The notes under the pieces were generated by a model. It made no database searches and was not told the origin of the DNA. It saw nothing but the letters and a program-made list of their open reading frames with translations. Shown one piece after another: positions 1 to 9,058 of a stretch of 28,692 nt of DNA. This DNA comes from a virus. Its lineage: Duplodnaviria; Caudoviricetes. The stretch lies in the IMG/VR virus record IMGVR_UViG_3300049472_000072, positions 1 through 28,692 of that record; one strand, given 5' to 3'. Numbering within the stretch: the first letter of the stretch is position 1; each line of letters opens with the position of its first letter. A program made the position numbers and the translations under genes.

Positions 1-55
1 GATTATTATAATACATAAAGATAGTCACAAAATAAATGTAAATATTATTACTCTT

Positions 56-89
56 TTTGTTGCATATTAATATGCTTTGACTAAATTTG
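56..89 (+). promoter_or_regulatory. Bacteroidetes-type promoter with palindromic operator
   Basis: TAAATTTG at 82-89, TTG about 19 nt upstream, perfect palindrome GCATATTAATATGC at 62-75. Confidence 0.5.
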
Positions 90-110
90 CATCAGTTAAA
101 CAACAACGAC

Positions 111-371
111 ATGAACGTAACACCACACAACGAAACTGTTCACAAGGAACTGATTTCAAAAATAGATGACCTGCTTGATTTTTGCAGGCTAAACGGATAT
201 TCACACCTTGTTTTAATCGGGAAGGAAGGTCAATGTTCAAGATACATGGAAGGTACTTTTGATGATATTGGTAGCATGGTAACTAGCCTAGGCATGTCAA
301 ACGAATCATTCGGGGAAATAGTAGAAGTGTCAAACAAGGCAATTAAAAAGCACGCAAGATGTATATCCTAA
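111..371 (+). CDS. hypothetical phage protein
   Basis: ORF; ATG at 111 preferred because the TTG at 87 lies in the -7 box. Confidence 0.6.
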   Translation: MNVTPHNETVHKELISKIDDLLDFCRLNGYSHLVLIGKEGQCSRYMEGTFDDIGSMVTSLGMSNESFGEIVEVSNKAIKKHARCIS

Positions 372-505
372 TCCATATTGAGAACTGTATTTCATCTTAC
401 ATATCAACCGAGGATGATTTATTGAAAGCACGTATGGCACGTGAAAGGTTGATGAACACTGGGCTTTACAGGACTGGGTTACTTACTTGGATAACAAAAA
501 AATAA
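359..505 (+). CDS. hypothetical 48-aa protein
   Basis: Read by hand (MYILIHIENC...WITKK); TAATG overlap with the next ORF. Confidence 0.45.
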   Translation: MYILIHIENCISSYISTEDDLLKARMARERLMNTGLYRTGLLTWITKK

Positions 506-696
506 TGACAACCTGTAACAACAACTCATGCCCGCTGTCAAACGATTGCGCCCGACATGAAAAACACTACGACTACGAGACTATTCCGAAAGTACACTGC
601 TTTACGTTTGTGTCTGGAGTAGCTTCGTGTGACGACTTTCTTTACAAAACAGCAACCAATTTAATTCCAAATAGCAATGACAACTCTAAATCTTAA
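505..696 (+). CDS. small Cys-rich phage protein
   Basis: MTTCNNNSCPLSNDCARH Cys spacing; translationally coupled start. Confidence 0.55.
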   Translation: MTTCNNNSCPLSNDCARHEKHYDYETIPKVHCFTFVSGVASCDDFLYKTATNLIPNSNDNSKS

Positions 697-850
697 TTAC
701 ACCCGTAAAAATGGCATGTACCACGTGCTGAACACTCCAAATGGAGTAACACTGCCAACGGATGCAAAAGTAATCCCCACACGTAGCGAAAGACCGTTTC
801 AGGTAGTTGTAGATTTTAAGGTAGCAATGGTATATCCTAAATTTGTTTAG
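677..850 (+). CDS. hypothetical 57-aa protein
   Basis: Read by hand (MTTLNLNYTRK...YPKFV); ends just before the terminator. Confidence 0.5.
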   Translation: MTTLNLNYTRKNGMYHVLNTPNGVTLPTDAKVIPTRSERPFQVVVDFKVAMVYPKFV

Positions 851-857
851 GTATATC

Positions 858-891
858 AAAAAAAAGAGCCAGCTAATCACTGGCTCTTTTT
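858..891. terminator. bidirectional intrinsic terminator
   Basis: A8-GAGCCAG-loop-CTGGCTC-T5 between convergent operons. Confidence 0.8.
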
Positions 892-983
892 GTTCCAACT
901 CTTTAATGTTTTACTTAAAAACGGAATACGCTACCCAGAACATAACAACGCATGCACATATTAAAATCCCCAAAATAACCCCT

Positions 984-1337
984 TTATAGAACTCTCTCAT
1001 CTTGCTTTTCTTTTAGCACTATAAACTTTTTACCTTCCTTTAGTTCTATTCCTTGTGATTGCATTAATGAAATAAAGCTACTATTAATAGAATCTAAAGT
1101 TGATTCGTAATATGACAAAGGATGTTTTTTTGTATAGTCTGCGTATACTATTTCTAACCCTCTCGCTGTTTGAAACTTAGTAGTTTGTACAAATTCACGG
1201 CAATCGAAAGTAATTGCATCCTTGGTTACTTCGCCCAAAATGTCATATCCATCGTGGTAGTAATAACTCAAAGGAACGCTTTCAGGTACTTCTACAAACA
1301 CCAAAGTCCCGTTTCTAGTTTCTAGCTTTTGCATCAT
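984..1337 (-). CDS. hypothetical phage protein
   Basis: ORF with ATGA overlap in the operon. Confidence 0.7.
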   Translation of the reverse strand: MMQKLETRNGTLVFVEVPESVPLSYYYHDGYDILGEVTKDAITFDCREFVQTTKFQTARGLEIVYADYTKKHPLSYYESTLDSINSSFISLMQSQGIELKEGKKFIVLKEKQDERVL

Positions 1338-1570
1338 ATTGGATTTATTGCACTCAACATGTTATTCATCAGTTCCTTATATTCCTCTTTCGACATTACA
1401 ACTTGTTCTTCTCGCTTCTCAAGCCACCAATTTGGGACAAATGTAGTACCGTCACCATTTGACCAAATCCCGTCCTCAAAAAGCAACAGTCCTTTTTCGG
1501 TGAAGTAATAATCGGGCTCTTTCGGATGTTCGCTATATGGCACTTGTACGAATACTGTTTCTGTTTTCAT
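1334..1570 (-). CDS. hypothetical phage protein
   Basis: ORF with ATGA overlaps at both ends. Confidence 0.7.
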   Translation of the reverse strand: MKTETVFVQVPYSEHPKEPDYYFTEKGLLLFEDGIWSNGDGTTFVPNWWLEKREEQVVMSKEEYKELMNNMLSAINPI

Positions 1571-1785
1571 GATAGTTTTTCTTCAAGTTTTTCAATTCTT
1601 TTGTTCAAGAAAAAAGCAGCCCTATCGTCCATATGACGTTTAGATAATTTTAAAATTGACTTGCATTCGTCTATTTGCGCCTGTATAGCCACACGCTCGC
1701 AAGCCATAGCAGTTATAGTAATTCCATCGCTTATATTACTATCAATTTCAGAACGCATCTTGTCGTATAATGTTTCTTCTTTCAT
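1567..1785 (-). CDS. hypothetical phage protein
   Basis: Start MKEETLYDK overlaps the stop of the upstream small ORF (ATGA). Confidence 0.6.
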   Translation of the reverse strand: MKEETLYDKMRSEIDSNISDGITITAMACERVAIQAQIDECKSILKLSKRHMDDRAAFFLNKRIEKLEEKLS

Positions 1786-1940
1786 AACCAAATAGTTAAT
1801 TGCGCCCAGATTATTATTAATACACACATCCATCCTATAAAACCATAAGCTATTTCTAAATACCTCGGCATGGCAGTGTACGTCTTAAACAGGAATAAAT
1901 GATACATTGCATCTTGGACTTCTTTGATATATTCTTTCAT
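1782..1940 (-). CDS. small membrane protein (52 aa)
   Basis: Read by hand; hydrophobic C-terminus IAYGFIGWMCVLIIIWAQLTIWL. Confidence 0.45.
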   Translation of the reverse strand: MKEYIKEVQDAMYHLFLFKTYTAMPRYLEIAYGFIGWMCVLIIIWAQLTIWL

Positions 1941-1986
1941 ATATTTATTGTTTTAATATTCTTCCATTATCCTAGTAAATCCGCTT

Positions 1987-2283
1987 TTACTTACTGTCAA
2001 TCAATTGTTTAACACTGTTTTCTGCCGACATGAAGCTAAAAGCATAATCTCGTCTTTTAGCCATAATTTCAGGATGCCGTTTTATTCCCCTTGTCACGTT
2101 TGAATGTGTCAGGCAAACGGTAATCGCTATTTGCCTGTGACTAAATTTCCCATATTTTGCAGCCAAGACATAATAGGCATATCGGGCATAGGAGTGTGTT
2201 ATCTGTCTGCCAAATATCACAAAGTCGCTTTCTTCTATCCCGAAAGACTTACATACGATTGATTTTATTTCTTTAAGTGTCAT
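1987..2283 (-). CDS. DnaA C-terminal (domain IV)-like HTH protein
   Basis: IKSIVCKSFGI...ARY...SHRQIA...THSNVTRGIK matches the Bac_DnaA_C pattern. Confidence 0.7.
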   Translation of the reverse strand: MTLKEIKSIVCKSFGIEESDFVIFGRQITHSYARYAYYVLAAKYGKFSHRQIAITVCLTHSNVTRGIKRHPEIMAKRRDYAFSFMSAENSVKQLIDSK

Positions 2284-2663
2284 ATTGTTTCAATCAAACA
2301 AGGCTTGCATGTATTGCCTATCTCTACCCTCTTAAATAACTTCATTAAATCAAACGACTCACAGTTTAAGATATTTTTATCCACAATATCTAAAATCTGC
2401 TTATACTGCCTTTGATAATGCTTATCGACAATAATTAAATCATTATGCTTTCTTATCGCACTAAGAACAGTTGAGTGGTTTCTATTTATTATTCTTCCTA
2501 TTTCATTTACATTCACCACTATTTGTTTTTCAAACAAAACGCCACAAAACATAAATCGTGCATTTGTAAATTCGGTTGTCCTGTTATGTTTAAAAATATT
2601 TTGACCTGAAAGACCTAATACCTTAGCCACTATTTTTTCTATTCTCCTATAATTATTCTCCAT
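2280..2663 (-). CDS. DnaA C-terminal (domain IV)-like HTH protein
   Basis: ARFMF...EIGRIINRNHSTVLSAIRK resembles the DnaA RDHTTV signature. Confidence 0.8.
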   Translation of the reverse strand: MENNYRRIEKIVAKVLGLSGQNIFKHNRTTEFTNARFMFCGVLFEKQIVVNVNEIGRIINRNHSTVLSAIRKHNDLIIVDKHYQRQYKQILDIVDKNILNCESFDLMKLFKRVEIGNTCKPCLIETI

Positions 2664-3399
2664 CTTGTTTGTGTTTTAACCTCCTAGCCTCAATTTCCAT
2701 TATAAAATATTCCCTCAAACACTGAGCCTGAAAATAACTAGCCAATTCCTTTTCATCTTTTTTGCCCTGTTCTAATAATCGAAAGCTAACCAAGTCAAAT
2801 TTGTTTTTTGCCGATTGCTTAAGTCTTTCTATTACTCGCTCTTTATGTTCTTCTGTGACCTCGCAATGCCCAATTTCTTTTAAATAATCATAAAGAAGCC
2901 CACCAGTATCACGAATTGAGTTACCATTCTTGACTAATTGGTAATTCTCGCGCCAACGCTTACGCATGGCTTCCACGTGGTTATAACCTTCACCACCTTT
3001 ATGCTCTTCAATCAGCCTAACATCTTTATTTTGTTCAGCTTGAAATTCTTGCAACGTAACGGCTCGAATAGGCAAAGCAAGGTAAGAGGTCAAATAGAAC
3101 TTGAACGTAGCGTCACACGCATGTTTTACGTCACCAAACACGCCATTTGCTCCATACTCCAATGCCAATTTGAATTCCTGAACTGGCATATAGTTAAAAT
3201 GCTTTTTCAAGTCATCACATGTAATCGAAATCGTATCGTTTATAAACATTTCGTTGCCTTCTGCTCTTTGCCCTGTTCTGGTATAGTATTCACGAATGCT
3301 AAGAGTTATAAAAGTCTTAAATGCCTTATAATCTTCTTTTGCTATCTCAAATACCTTTTTACTAGACAAGGCTTCTTTGATGTCCGTTTTGCGTACCAT
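2653..3399 (-). CDS. replication-associated hypothetical protein (helicase-loader position)
   Basis: 248-aa ORF directly downstream of the initiator; function inferred from position only. Confidence 0.6.
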   Translation of the reverse strand: MVRKTDIKEALSSKKVFEIAKEDYKAFKTFITLSIREYYTRTGQRAEGNEMFINDTISITCDDLKKHFNYMPVQEFKLALEYGANGVFGDVKHACDATFKFYLTSYLALPIRAVTLQEFQAEQNKDVRLIEEHKGGEGYNHVEAMRKRWRENYQLVKNGNSIRDTGGLLYDYLKEIGHCEVTEEHKERVIERLKQSAKNKFDLVSFRLLEQGKKDEKELASYFQAQCLREYFIMEIEARRLKHKQDGE

Positions 3400-4249
3400 T
3401 TTCAGAACTGTTTATTTCGTTTAAAATACTTGCAAACACATCATTATTTTTTTCTTGTTTCCCTTTCTGGTTATCGGTCTTGATTGTCTTTTGCCTAAGT
3501 ATAGCGATTATTTCAGGGAACTTTGAGTTTATGAAAGCAGGATTTTTATTGTTTTGATAAAAATCTGGCAATGTTCCAAATTTAGAAAGAACAAAACGGA
3601 ACATTTCAATTGGCTCGTATCCGTCTTTTTTGTTTTCAGTGCAATATTTTTCAATCGAGGCAATCGCTACAAAATCCTTAGTTTGCATTTTGAAAGGAGT
3701 TTCGTTTTCGGAAAGAAACCAATCAGTAAAGCAATCAGAAAAAATATTTTTCCTAGTAATAACCGCTTTAGCGGCTAATACTTCTTTAGGTTTTTCTTTT
3801 TCATTATCACTTTCAATAACAGGTACAGTAACACTATCACTTACAGGTACACTATCAGCGATGTTTGCGATGTCTTGCGATTCATTTTGTCGCAGTGCGA
3901 TACTTTGCGATTTTGTGCGATTTTGTGCGATTAATTCAGCGTCTTCTATAGTTAATTCTTTTTTTATTATTAACTCATATAGGTCTAAATGCCAACGTTT
4001 TAAGTTCCCTAACTTCCCAGAATTGCTTTTTTTATCTACTTCTGATTCCCATTTTTTTAAATCACGTTTTAACGTGTTTTTTAATGGGATAAACGAAATT
4101 TCAGTTAGTCTATCAGGTGCAACTGGATTTTGGTCATTAACATACCTGAACAAATGCTTGATTAATCTACCTGCTTCTTCGTCAGTAAGAGACTCAAAAT
4201 TATCTATCCAGTCGGTATAAATCAGTATTGAACTTTTACCTTCCGCCAT
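3362..4249 (-). CDS. DUF6291-type phage replication initiator
   Basis: N-terminus KSSILIYTDW..ESLTDEEAGRLIKHLFRY; low-complexity linker containing iterons. Confidence 0.75.
   Translation of the reverse strand: MAEGKSSILIYTDWIDNFESLTDEEAGRLIKHLFRYVNDQNPVAPDRLTEISFIPLKNTLKRDLKKWESEVDKKSNSGKLGNLKRWHLDLYELIIKKELTIEDAELIAQNRTKSQSIALRQNESQDIANIADSVPVSDSVTVPVIESDNEKEKPKEVLAAKAVITRKNIFSDCFTDWFLSENETPFKMQTKDFVAIASIEKYCTENKKDGYEPIEMFRFVLSKFGTLPDFYQNNKNPAFINSKFPEIIAILRQKTIKTDNQKGKQEKNNDVFASILNEINSSENGTQNGHQRSLV
3858..3931. repeat. iteron array, probable replication origin
   Basis: TGCGAT at 3866, 3876, 3896, 3906, 3916 and 3926 (10-bp phase), plus an inverted TCGCA at 3890. Confidence 0.75.
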
Positions 4250-4445
4250 TATTTATTACTTTTATTTGTTTAGCAACTTTAATAACCTCCCTAGCAAAAA
4301 ATATGGCTTCGTCTGGAGTAAATACAAAAAATGGCGAACATTCAGATTCTACATTTCCAATAAACACTTCATTAAATGAATTACCATAAACGTGTATTAT
4401 TTCAGCGTCTTGTATGCGTTCGGATTGTTCAAATATTTTTCTCAT
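4236..4445 (-). CDS. hypothetical protein upstream of the initiator
   Basis: ATG at 4445 follows an AT-rich stretch after a structured leader. Confidence 0.6.
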   Translation of the reverse strand: MRKIFEQSERIQDAEIIHVYGNSFNEVFIGNVESECSPFFVFTPDEAIFFAREVIKVAKQIKVINNGGR

Positions 4446-4460
4446 AGTAGTAAAATAAAA

Positions 4461-4575
4461 AAGCCCAAAATCAAGCTGGCGGGCTATCAATTGGGCTTAG
4501 TGGTCAATGACCAGTTTCTCATACAAGTATCCGCCAATACAGGGCAAAGCCGTTTTGCTTTGCGTTACAAATATA
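4461..4575 (-). promoter_or_regulatory. promoter plus structured leader with complementary hairpin loops
   Basis: TATATTTG (minus strand, 4568-4575); loop UGGCGG (4531-4536) is complementary to loop CCGCCA (4477-4482) on an AAGCCCAA/TTGGGCTT stem. Confidence 0.6.
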
Positions 4576-4597
4576 CTAAATTAACCGATAGCTACAA

Positions 4598-4807
4598 TTA
4601 ATTTTCTAAGAAATCAACTTTGGAATTATTGCCCATCTTGCTATTATACTCCATTTTTAACGTAGCTGATTTTATCAGTTTGCCCGCGACATTAGCTATC
4701 TCTTTAGCGTTTCTGATGTCTATTTTCTCGTTCCTGCAATCCTCGTACAACGCTTTTAGGTCGTTTGTCAAATCTGTTATTCCGTTAAGCTTTACTTCGT
4801 TTTTCAT
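4598..4807 (-). CDS. hypothetical helical phage protein
   Basis: ORF; resembles the N-terminus of 17410..17934. Confidence 0.7.
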   Translation of the reverse strand: MKNEVKLNGITDLTNDLKALYEDCRNEKIDIRNAKEIANVAGKLIKSATLKMEYNSKMGNNSKVDFLEN

Positions 4808-5123
4808 GTCGTTTTATTTTAATTATTTGTCTTTCTGCTTCCAATATCTTTTTATTTGCTACCAAAGCCGTGTAAGGCATTTTGTATTTCCTACTGAGCA
4901 GGTCGGCAATGAAAGAATCTGTAAGTCTTTCACTTCTACTTTTTGCTTGCGCTTTACGATCGCCTCGCCCATTATTCGCCCAATTACTTTTGTTTTCCTC
5001 GTAAACATCAACTCCTAATTCTTTTCTTTTAGCTCGCATAAATTCACGATTATACTGCTTTGTGTATTCTTTTGGGTTGTCTTTTCTTTTGACCGTTATT
5101 TTGGAAAGAATATCACTTTTCAT
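4785..5123 (-). CDS. basic hypothetical protein
   Basis: ORF; C-terminal LTDSFIA motif resembles 16896..17423. Confidence 0.7.
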   Translation of the reverse strand: MKSDILSKITVKRKDNPKEYTKQYNREFMRAKRKELGVDVYEENKSNWANNGRGDRKAQAKSRSERLTDSFIADLLSRKYKMPYTALVANKKILEAERQIIKIKRHEKRSKA

Positions 5124-5125
5124 AA

Positions 5126-5335
5126 CTATTGATTTAAACTATACCTAGCCACTTTTTTCTTGCTGTAACCGACTTCTACCATTTCGGATTTTATCGAGTT
5201 GCCCCTTCGTTTCAAATCGGATATTCGAGATGCCAGACGTAGACACTGGAAGCGGTTTAGAGCCTCTAATGAAGTGATAGAGCCACCCGAACTAAGGTGT
5301 TCAAGAATGCGCTTGTTTTGTGATTCGGTTGTCAT
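5126..5335 (-). CDS. winged HTH protein (HTH_39-like)
   Basis: SQNKRILEHL..GGSITSLEA..F.CLRLASRISDLK..G..I. Confidence 0.85.
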   Translation of the reverse strand: MTTESQNKRILEHLSSGGSITSLEALNRFQCLRLASRISDLKRRGNSIKSEMVEVGYSKKKVARYSLNQ

Positions 5336-5541
5336 AACGTATCGTTTTTAGTTGTTGGCTTCATGCTGTTTTTGCACCCTTCTACACAGTAACCGCCGTT
5401 TGGTAATTGACCAGAAACTTTGGCTTCTAAGCGTTCAATTTCACATGTGATAACAAATGCTATCTCACGCATTTTTGCAGGTCTTTCATACCCTCCATTG
5501 GCTACATCACTAAGTCTTTTTTTTGCTTCGTCTGGTGTCAT
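5332..5541 (-). CDS. hypothetical protein
   Basis: ORF with ATGA overlaps. Confidence 0.6.
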   Translation of the reverse strand: MTPDEAKKRLSDVANGGYERPAKMREIAFVITCEIERLEAKVSGQLPNGGYCVEGCKNSMKPTTKNDTL

Positions 5542-5780
5542 AAATATGATTTTAATTTGTCCAACATGTCGTAAGCTTCTTTTTTAACTCCTAAACGAAT
5601 TGCATCATTTTTAAGCATTTCTTCCAAAAGATGTATTTGCCCTTCGATTGACCCACGCTTAAAATCCTTCTCGCATACTTCACCATACGAAAGCATATTG
5701 CAACTTTCATCATAAGTGTTGTCGTAAAATTCACCCCACATTTTAGTGGCGTATTCTTTTCCTTTTTCTTCCAGTGTCAT
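5538..5780 (-). CDS. hypothetical protein
   Basis: Likely start MTLEEKGKEYA. Confidence 0.6.
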   Translation of the reverse strand: MTLEEKGKEYATKMWGEFYDNTYDESCNMLSYGEVCEKDFKRGSIEGQIHLLEEMLKNDAIRLGVKKEAYDMLDKLKSYL

Positions 5781-5952
5781 GATTAATTCCATTTTATATC
5801 CCAAACATTGCCTTTTTCTTTCTCCAATTCCATCCAAGCATTCAATCTTGAAATACCGTTTCTTGACCAACTAAACTTTTGACCAGTCTTTTTGTCCGTC
5901 ACCTCAAAGTCGAACGGCTTGCGCCCGTCGTTTCTTGCGCCTATTATTTGCT

Positions 5953-6189
5953 TCATATTTTGTTTATCAATTTAGCTTCAATTTGTTCCTGTAATTCCTT
6001 TGCGCTTGTCAAGTGGAACGCCCTGTTACTGAAAAACGGTGCTTCGTTTGCCATTGTTAGGCATTCCCTTCCATTATACCTATCCATCATTACGTCAAAC
6101 TTTGCACCCGTTACTGTTTGGTATTTGCCGATATACGACTTGTCATTTTCGGACAACTTTACGTTGAACGTAGTATCTTGCTTTGCCAT
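5953..6189 (-). CDS. hypothetical protein
   Basis: ORF coupled to the upstream stop. Confidence 0.65.
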   Translation of the reverse strand: MAKQDTTFNVKLSENDKSYIGKYQTVTGAKFDVMMDRYNGRECLTMANEAPFFSNRAFHLTSAKELQEQIEAKLINKI

Positions 6190-6542
6190 TACTTGTACTT
6201 TTCGCTTAATGTTTCAAGTTCTGCCACAAACTTGACTCTGTTTTCTGGAGTCATATTTGTCATTGCTGAAATCCCCTTGCCTATCTGTTCGTACATTATG
6301 TCTTTGCTTTTTTCGTCATCTTTTACAAATGTCTTAGATATTTGTTTGTTCAGTAATCTAAGTTGATGAAATACTTGTGACATTCGATAAAGCAACGTAG
6401 AGTCGTATTGTGCTAAATAACTTTGGATTGGGAACAATGAATCGTACCACCCGTTTATCATGTGCGAGTGACCGCTTATGTTTATTAAGGCTTGCATCAT
6501 TTCTTCGTATGCCTGCTCTTTTGTGTATTCTAGTTGTTTCAT
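6189..6542 (-). CDS. hypothetical protein
   Basis: ORF in the operon. Confidence 0.65.
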   Translation of the reverse strand: MKQLEYTKEQAYEEMMQALINISGHSHMINGWYDSLFPIQSYLAQYDSTLLYRMSQVFHQLRLLNKQISKTFVKDDEKSKDIMYEQIGKGISAMTNMTPENRVKFVAELETLSEKYK

Positions 6543-6543
6543 T

Positions 6544-6969
6544 TTAAACTACCTCTACGTCTATTTGGTAAATCGCTTTCATTAATTTTTGTTTGATTAC
6601 AAACATTTGGTATGCCTGACCTTTTTTTGAGCCTTTTACATCAATGTGTTTTATCGCACCGTTTGAATAATAAATCTTAAAATCCAAGACGTACTTACAA
6701 ATAAGCTCACCATTCACATTTAAATGATAGGTTAATTGCCTTTCCCATTTTTCAACATGTTTTGCCTTAATTAACAGGTCTAATTTTTTTGCGTAATCTG
6801 CTTCTTTTGTTGAATGATACTTGACTCCGTTATACTCTTTTTGAACCGCTCCATACTTGTTTTTAGGATTCTTTTGAATCAATTTACCAACCGAACTACC
6901 ACCGCTTTCTATCGCTGTTTTAAGCCGTTCTTTCTGGACTTTCTTTTTCGAATTCATAAATCGGTTCAT
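6544..6969 (-). CDS. DUF1064 family PD-(D/E)XK nuclease (resolvase-like)
   Basis: NKYGA..Y.G..Y.S.KEA..A..L...W.RQ....L......C.Y..DF......DVKG. Confidence 0.85.
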   Translation of the reverse strand: MNRFMNSKKKVQKERLKTAIESGGSSVGKLIQKNPKNKYGAVQKEYNGVKYHSTKEADYAKKLDLLIKAKHVEKWERQLTYHLNVNGELICKYVLDFKIYYSNGAIKHIDVKGSKKGQAYQMFVIKQKLMKAIYQIDVEVV

Positions 6970-7056
6970 TAAATGCTTTCATTGCTATCGTGTAGTTTCT
7001 TTTGCTTTTCATCAGCCTACGTACTGACTGTGAGTATTGCCACCTCATTCCCTTGT

Positions 7057-7302
7057 TCATTTCTTTACCTCAATTTCAAGTTGCTGCTTCAAATAAGCTA
7101 TTGTTTCTTTGTCAACTTCTGACATTGCTTTTAGTTTGTCATTCTGGTTGCATTGGTAAAAGAACCCAAAGGCAAAGAAAACAAATAGGCACACCCAAAA
7201 TATATCGTACCAACTCAATAAAGGCGTTGGCTTGTTTTCCTCAAAAAAAGCTTCGTTTCCTTCGAACTCCTCGTTTGTCATGTTTAAATAATCTTTTTTC
7301 AT
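7057..7302 (-). CDS. single-pass membrane protein
   Basis: Hydrophobic segment IFWVCLFVFFAFGFF. Confidence 0.6.
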   Translation of the reverse strand: MKKDYLNMTNEEFEGNEAFFEENKPTPLLSWYDIFWVCLFVFFAFGFFYQCNQNDKLKAMSEVDKETIAYLKQQLEIEVKK

Positions 7303-7499
7303 AATTCTCTGGATTTTGTTTCGTGGTACATTTTAATCGTGGGCAATATATGTGTGTTGCGTTTTGCATGTTGGACGGTATCTAGGAAGTCATCACACGC
7401 CCGTTGTACCATAAATTCGGTTATCCGCATGGTGTATGTCTTGCCGTCCTTCTCGTAAATCGCTTCGCCTGAATTGCTTATTTCTTTGAGGTTAAACAT
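7299..7499 (-). CDS. hypothetical protein
   Basis: Likely start MFNLKEI overlapping the end of the exonuclease gene. Confidence 0.55.
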   Translation of the reverse strand: MFNLKEISNSGEAIYEKDGKTYTMRITEFMVQRACDDFLDTVQHAKRNTHILPTIKMYHETKSREL

Positions 7500-8229
7500 T
7501 TTTGGCTTTTTTGATGTAATAAAATTTGTTTTCGCACTTATAGAACCTGTCAACCGCAAAGATATTGCTTGCGTTTTTTATCTCACGAAACGAATAGCTT
7601 GCTTTTTGCATCTCAAAAAAAGTAACAATATCCATTTGCTCGGCGGAAAGCAACATTTCAATTAGTAGCGTCTTTTTTGGTGTCCATTCGTCTACCTTCG
7701 TAAGTATTGAGTCATGTATTTCAGCGTCTTTTTTAAACTCGAAAATACAATGCCTTTCTTCTATTGAGAAAGGGTACTCCTGCCAATCATCTTGCCCAAA
7801 GACCTCTGGCTTTGTCAAATAAAACATCAAGAACCCAACGTCCGCAAGCGTTGACATCATTTGCATCTGGACTTGATAGTAATACTTTTTTGGCGGGTGG
7901 TTTATCTGTTCAAAATAGTTGTCAACATGATAAGGACATTTTACATCCATCGGCATCCCATCAATCAAAATGTCTGGACTTGAACCGCACTTCTCATTGA
8001 TTGGCATCCATCCATCAAACCAAACAGCAGTGGGGAACTTTGGCTTTACCACCAACTCAAAAGCATTGTGTTGGTTTACAGTCCCGTGTCTCATTGCGCT
8101 GGTCTCAAAGTCGTCTTTGATTCCGATACTTTGAAGCGCAAGGTCAAGGCAATAGCTTTGTGCTGTCTTGCCAGACCCCTCTGCCAAAAGTTCACCAATT
8201 CTAGAAGCTGAAAAGTATGTGTTAATCAT
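7492..8229 (-). CDS. YqaJ/lambda-exonuclease-like recombination nuclease
   Basis: FSASRIG, AMRHG, GSSPD..., DVKCP and YYYQVQMQM motifs; TAATG-coupled to the ERF gene. Confidence 0.85.
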   Translation of the reverse strand: MINTYFSASRIGELLAEGSGKTAQSYCLDLALQSIGIKDDFETSAMRHGTVNQHNAFELVVKPKFPTAVWFDGWMPINEKCGSSPDILIDGMPMDVKCPYHVDNYFEQINHPPKKYYYQVQMQMMSTLADVGFLMFYLTKPEVFGQDDWQEYPFSIEERHCIFEFKKDAEIHDSILTKVDEWTPKKTLLIEMLLSAEQMDIVTFFEMQKASYSFREIKNASNIFAVDRFYKCENKFYYIKKAKNV

Positions 8230-8804
8230 TATACTTTCGCTTTTAATTGGGCAAGCCAATCAGGTTTTATGATGAATTTTTCTTCGTACTTTGGAATCAA
8301 TGGCACTAAAGCCAACGCATCCATTTTCATCAAAGACTCAAATTGCACATCGGTCAATAATGGCTTTTGCGGTGTTTTACCACTCGTCGGCTGTGGTGCC
8401 GAACTTGGTGGGTTTTCTTTATTTGGTGGTACTTCGTTGCTGTCTGGGTCTTTTGTATCGTCTATCAAAAACAGCCCGTTCAAAGCGTATTTTCTCGCAT
8501 AAGAACTTGAAGCACCATAACATTGCGCTACATCCATCCCCTTCCTTTGTGTGTCTATACCAGCCTGCGCCCTTACCGTAATTTCTTGCTTGTCGCAAAT
8601 CAATCTACAAGTTGATTCTACAAAAAGCATTCCCATAACGTCTTTTATTTCGTCTGAAATAGTAAGAATTGCTTTATGTTTCAATAGGATGGGTTTTAAC
8701 GCTTCCAGAATATCCTCACAGTTGCGATACTTGTATTTACCAAAAGCGTTGAATTGGTTTTTTGGGGCTTTTAATTCCGATTGAATGTTTACCAATGCTT
8801 CCAT
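8229..8804 (-). CDS. erf: ERF family ssDNA annealing protein
   Basis: IQSELKAPKNQFNAFGKYKYRNCEDIL...GMD.AQ..GASSSYARKYALNGLF.IDD. Confidence 0.92.
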   Translation of the reverse strand: MEALVNIQSELKAPKNQFNAFGKYKYRNCEDILEALKPILLKHKAILTISDEIKDVMGMLFVESTCRLICDKQEITVRAQAGIDTQRKGMDVAQCYGASSSYARKYALNGLFLIDDTKDPDSNEVPPNKENPPSSAPQPTSGKTPQKPLLTDVQFESLMKMDALALVPLIPKYEEKFIIKPDWLAQLKAKV

Positions 8805-8806
8805 GA

Positions 8807-9058
8807 TTATGCTTTTTTAGGTCGTGGGCAAGCTAAGATTAATCCATCTGTAGAAAAAGTATTCCCATTTGCTACATACTTGCGTGGTACTTTGTTATTT
8901 CTTTCTTCTTGACTTTGTGCTATATAGGCTGATACGTTTGTACCCTTATCGCTCAAAGAATCGTTTATAGCTACTGTGATCTCCACACCTTTGTCGCAAT
9001 TCTGTAACATGCTTTGAAGTTTTTCTTTTGTAAAATAAAGACTTGATAAACTAGACAT
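8807..9058 (-). CDS. small putative ssDNA-binding protein
   Basis: ITVAIND...G.NVSAYIAQSQEER...RKYVANG pattern; adjacent to the ERF gene. Confidence 0.5.
   Translation of the reverse strand: MSSLSSLYFTKEKLQSMLQNCDKGVEITVAINDSLSDKGTNVSAYIAQSQEERNNKVPRKYVANGNTFSTDGLILACPRPKKA

Noticed and set aside
2938-4220. Long plus-strand ORFs (2938..3483, 3630..4220) and similar antisense ORFs elsewhere
   Set aside because: Shadow frames opposite well-supported minus-strand genes
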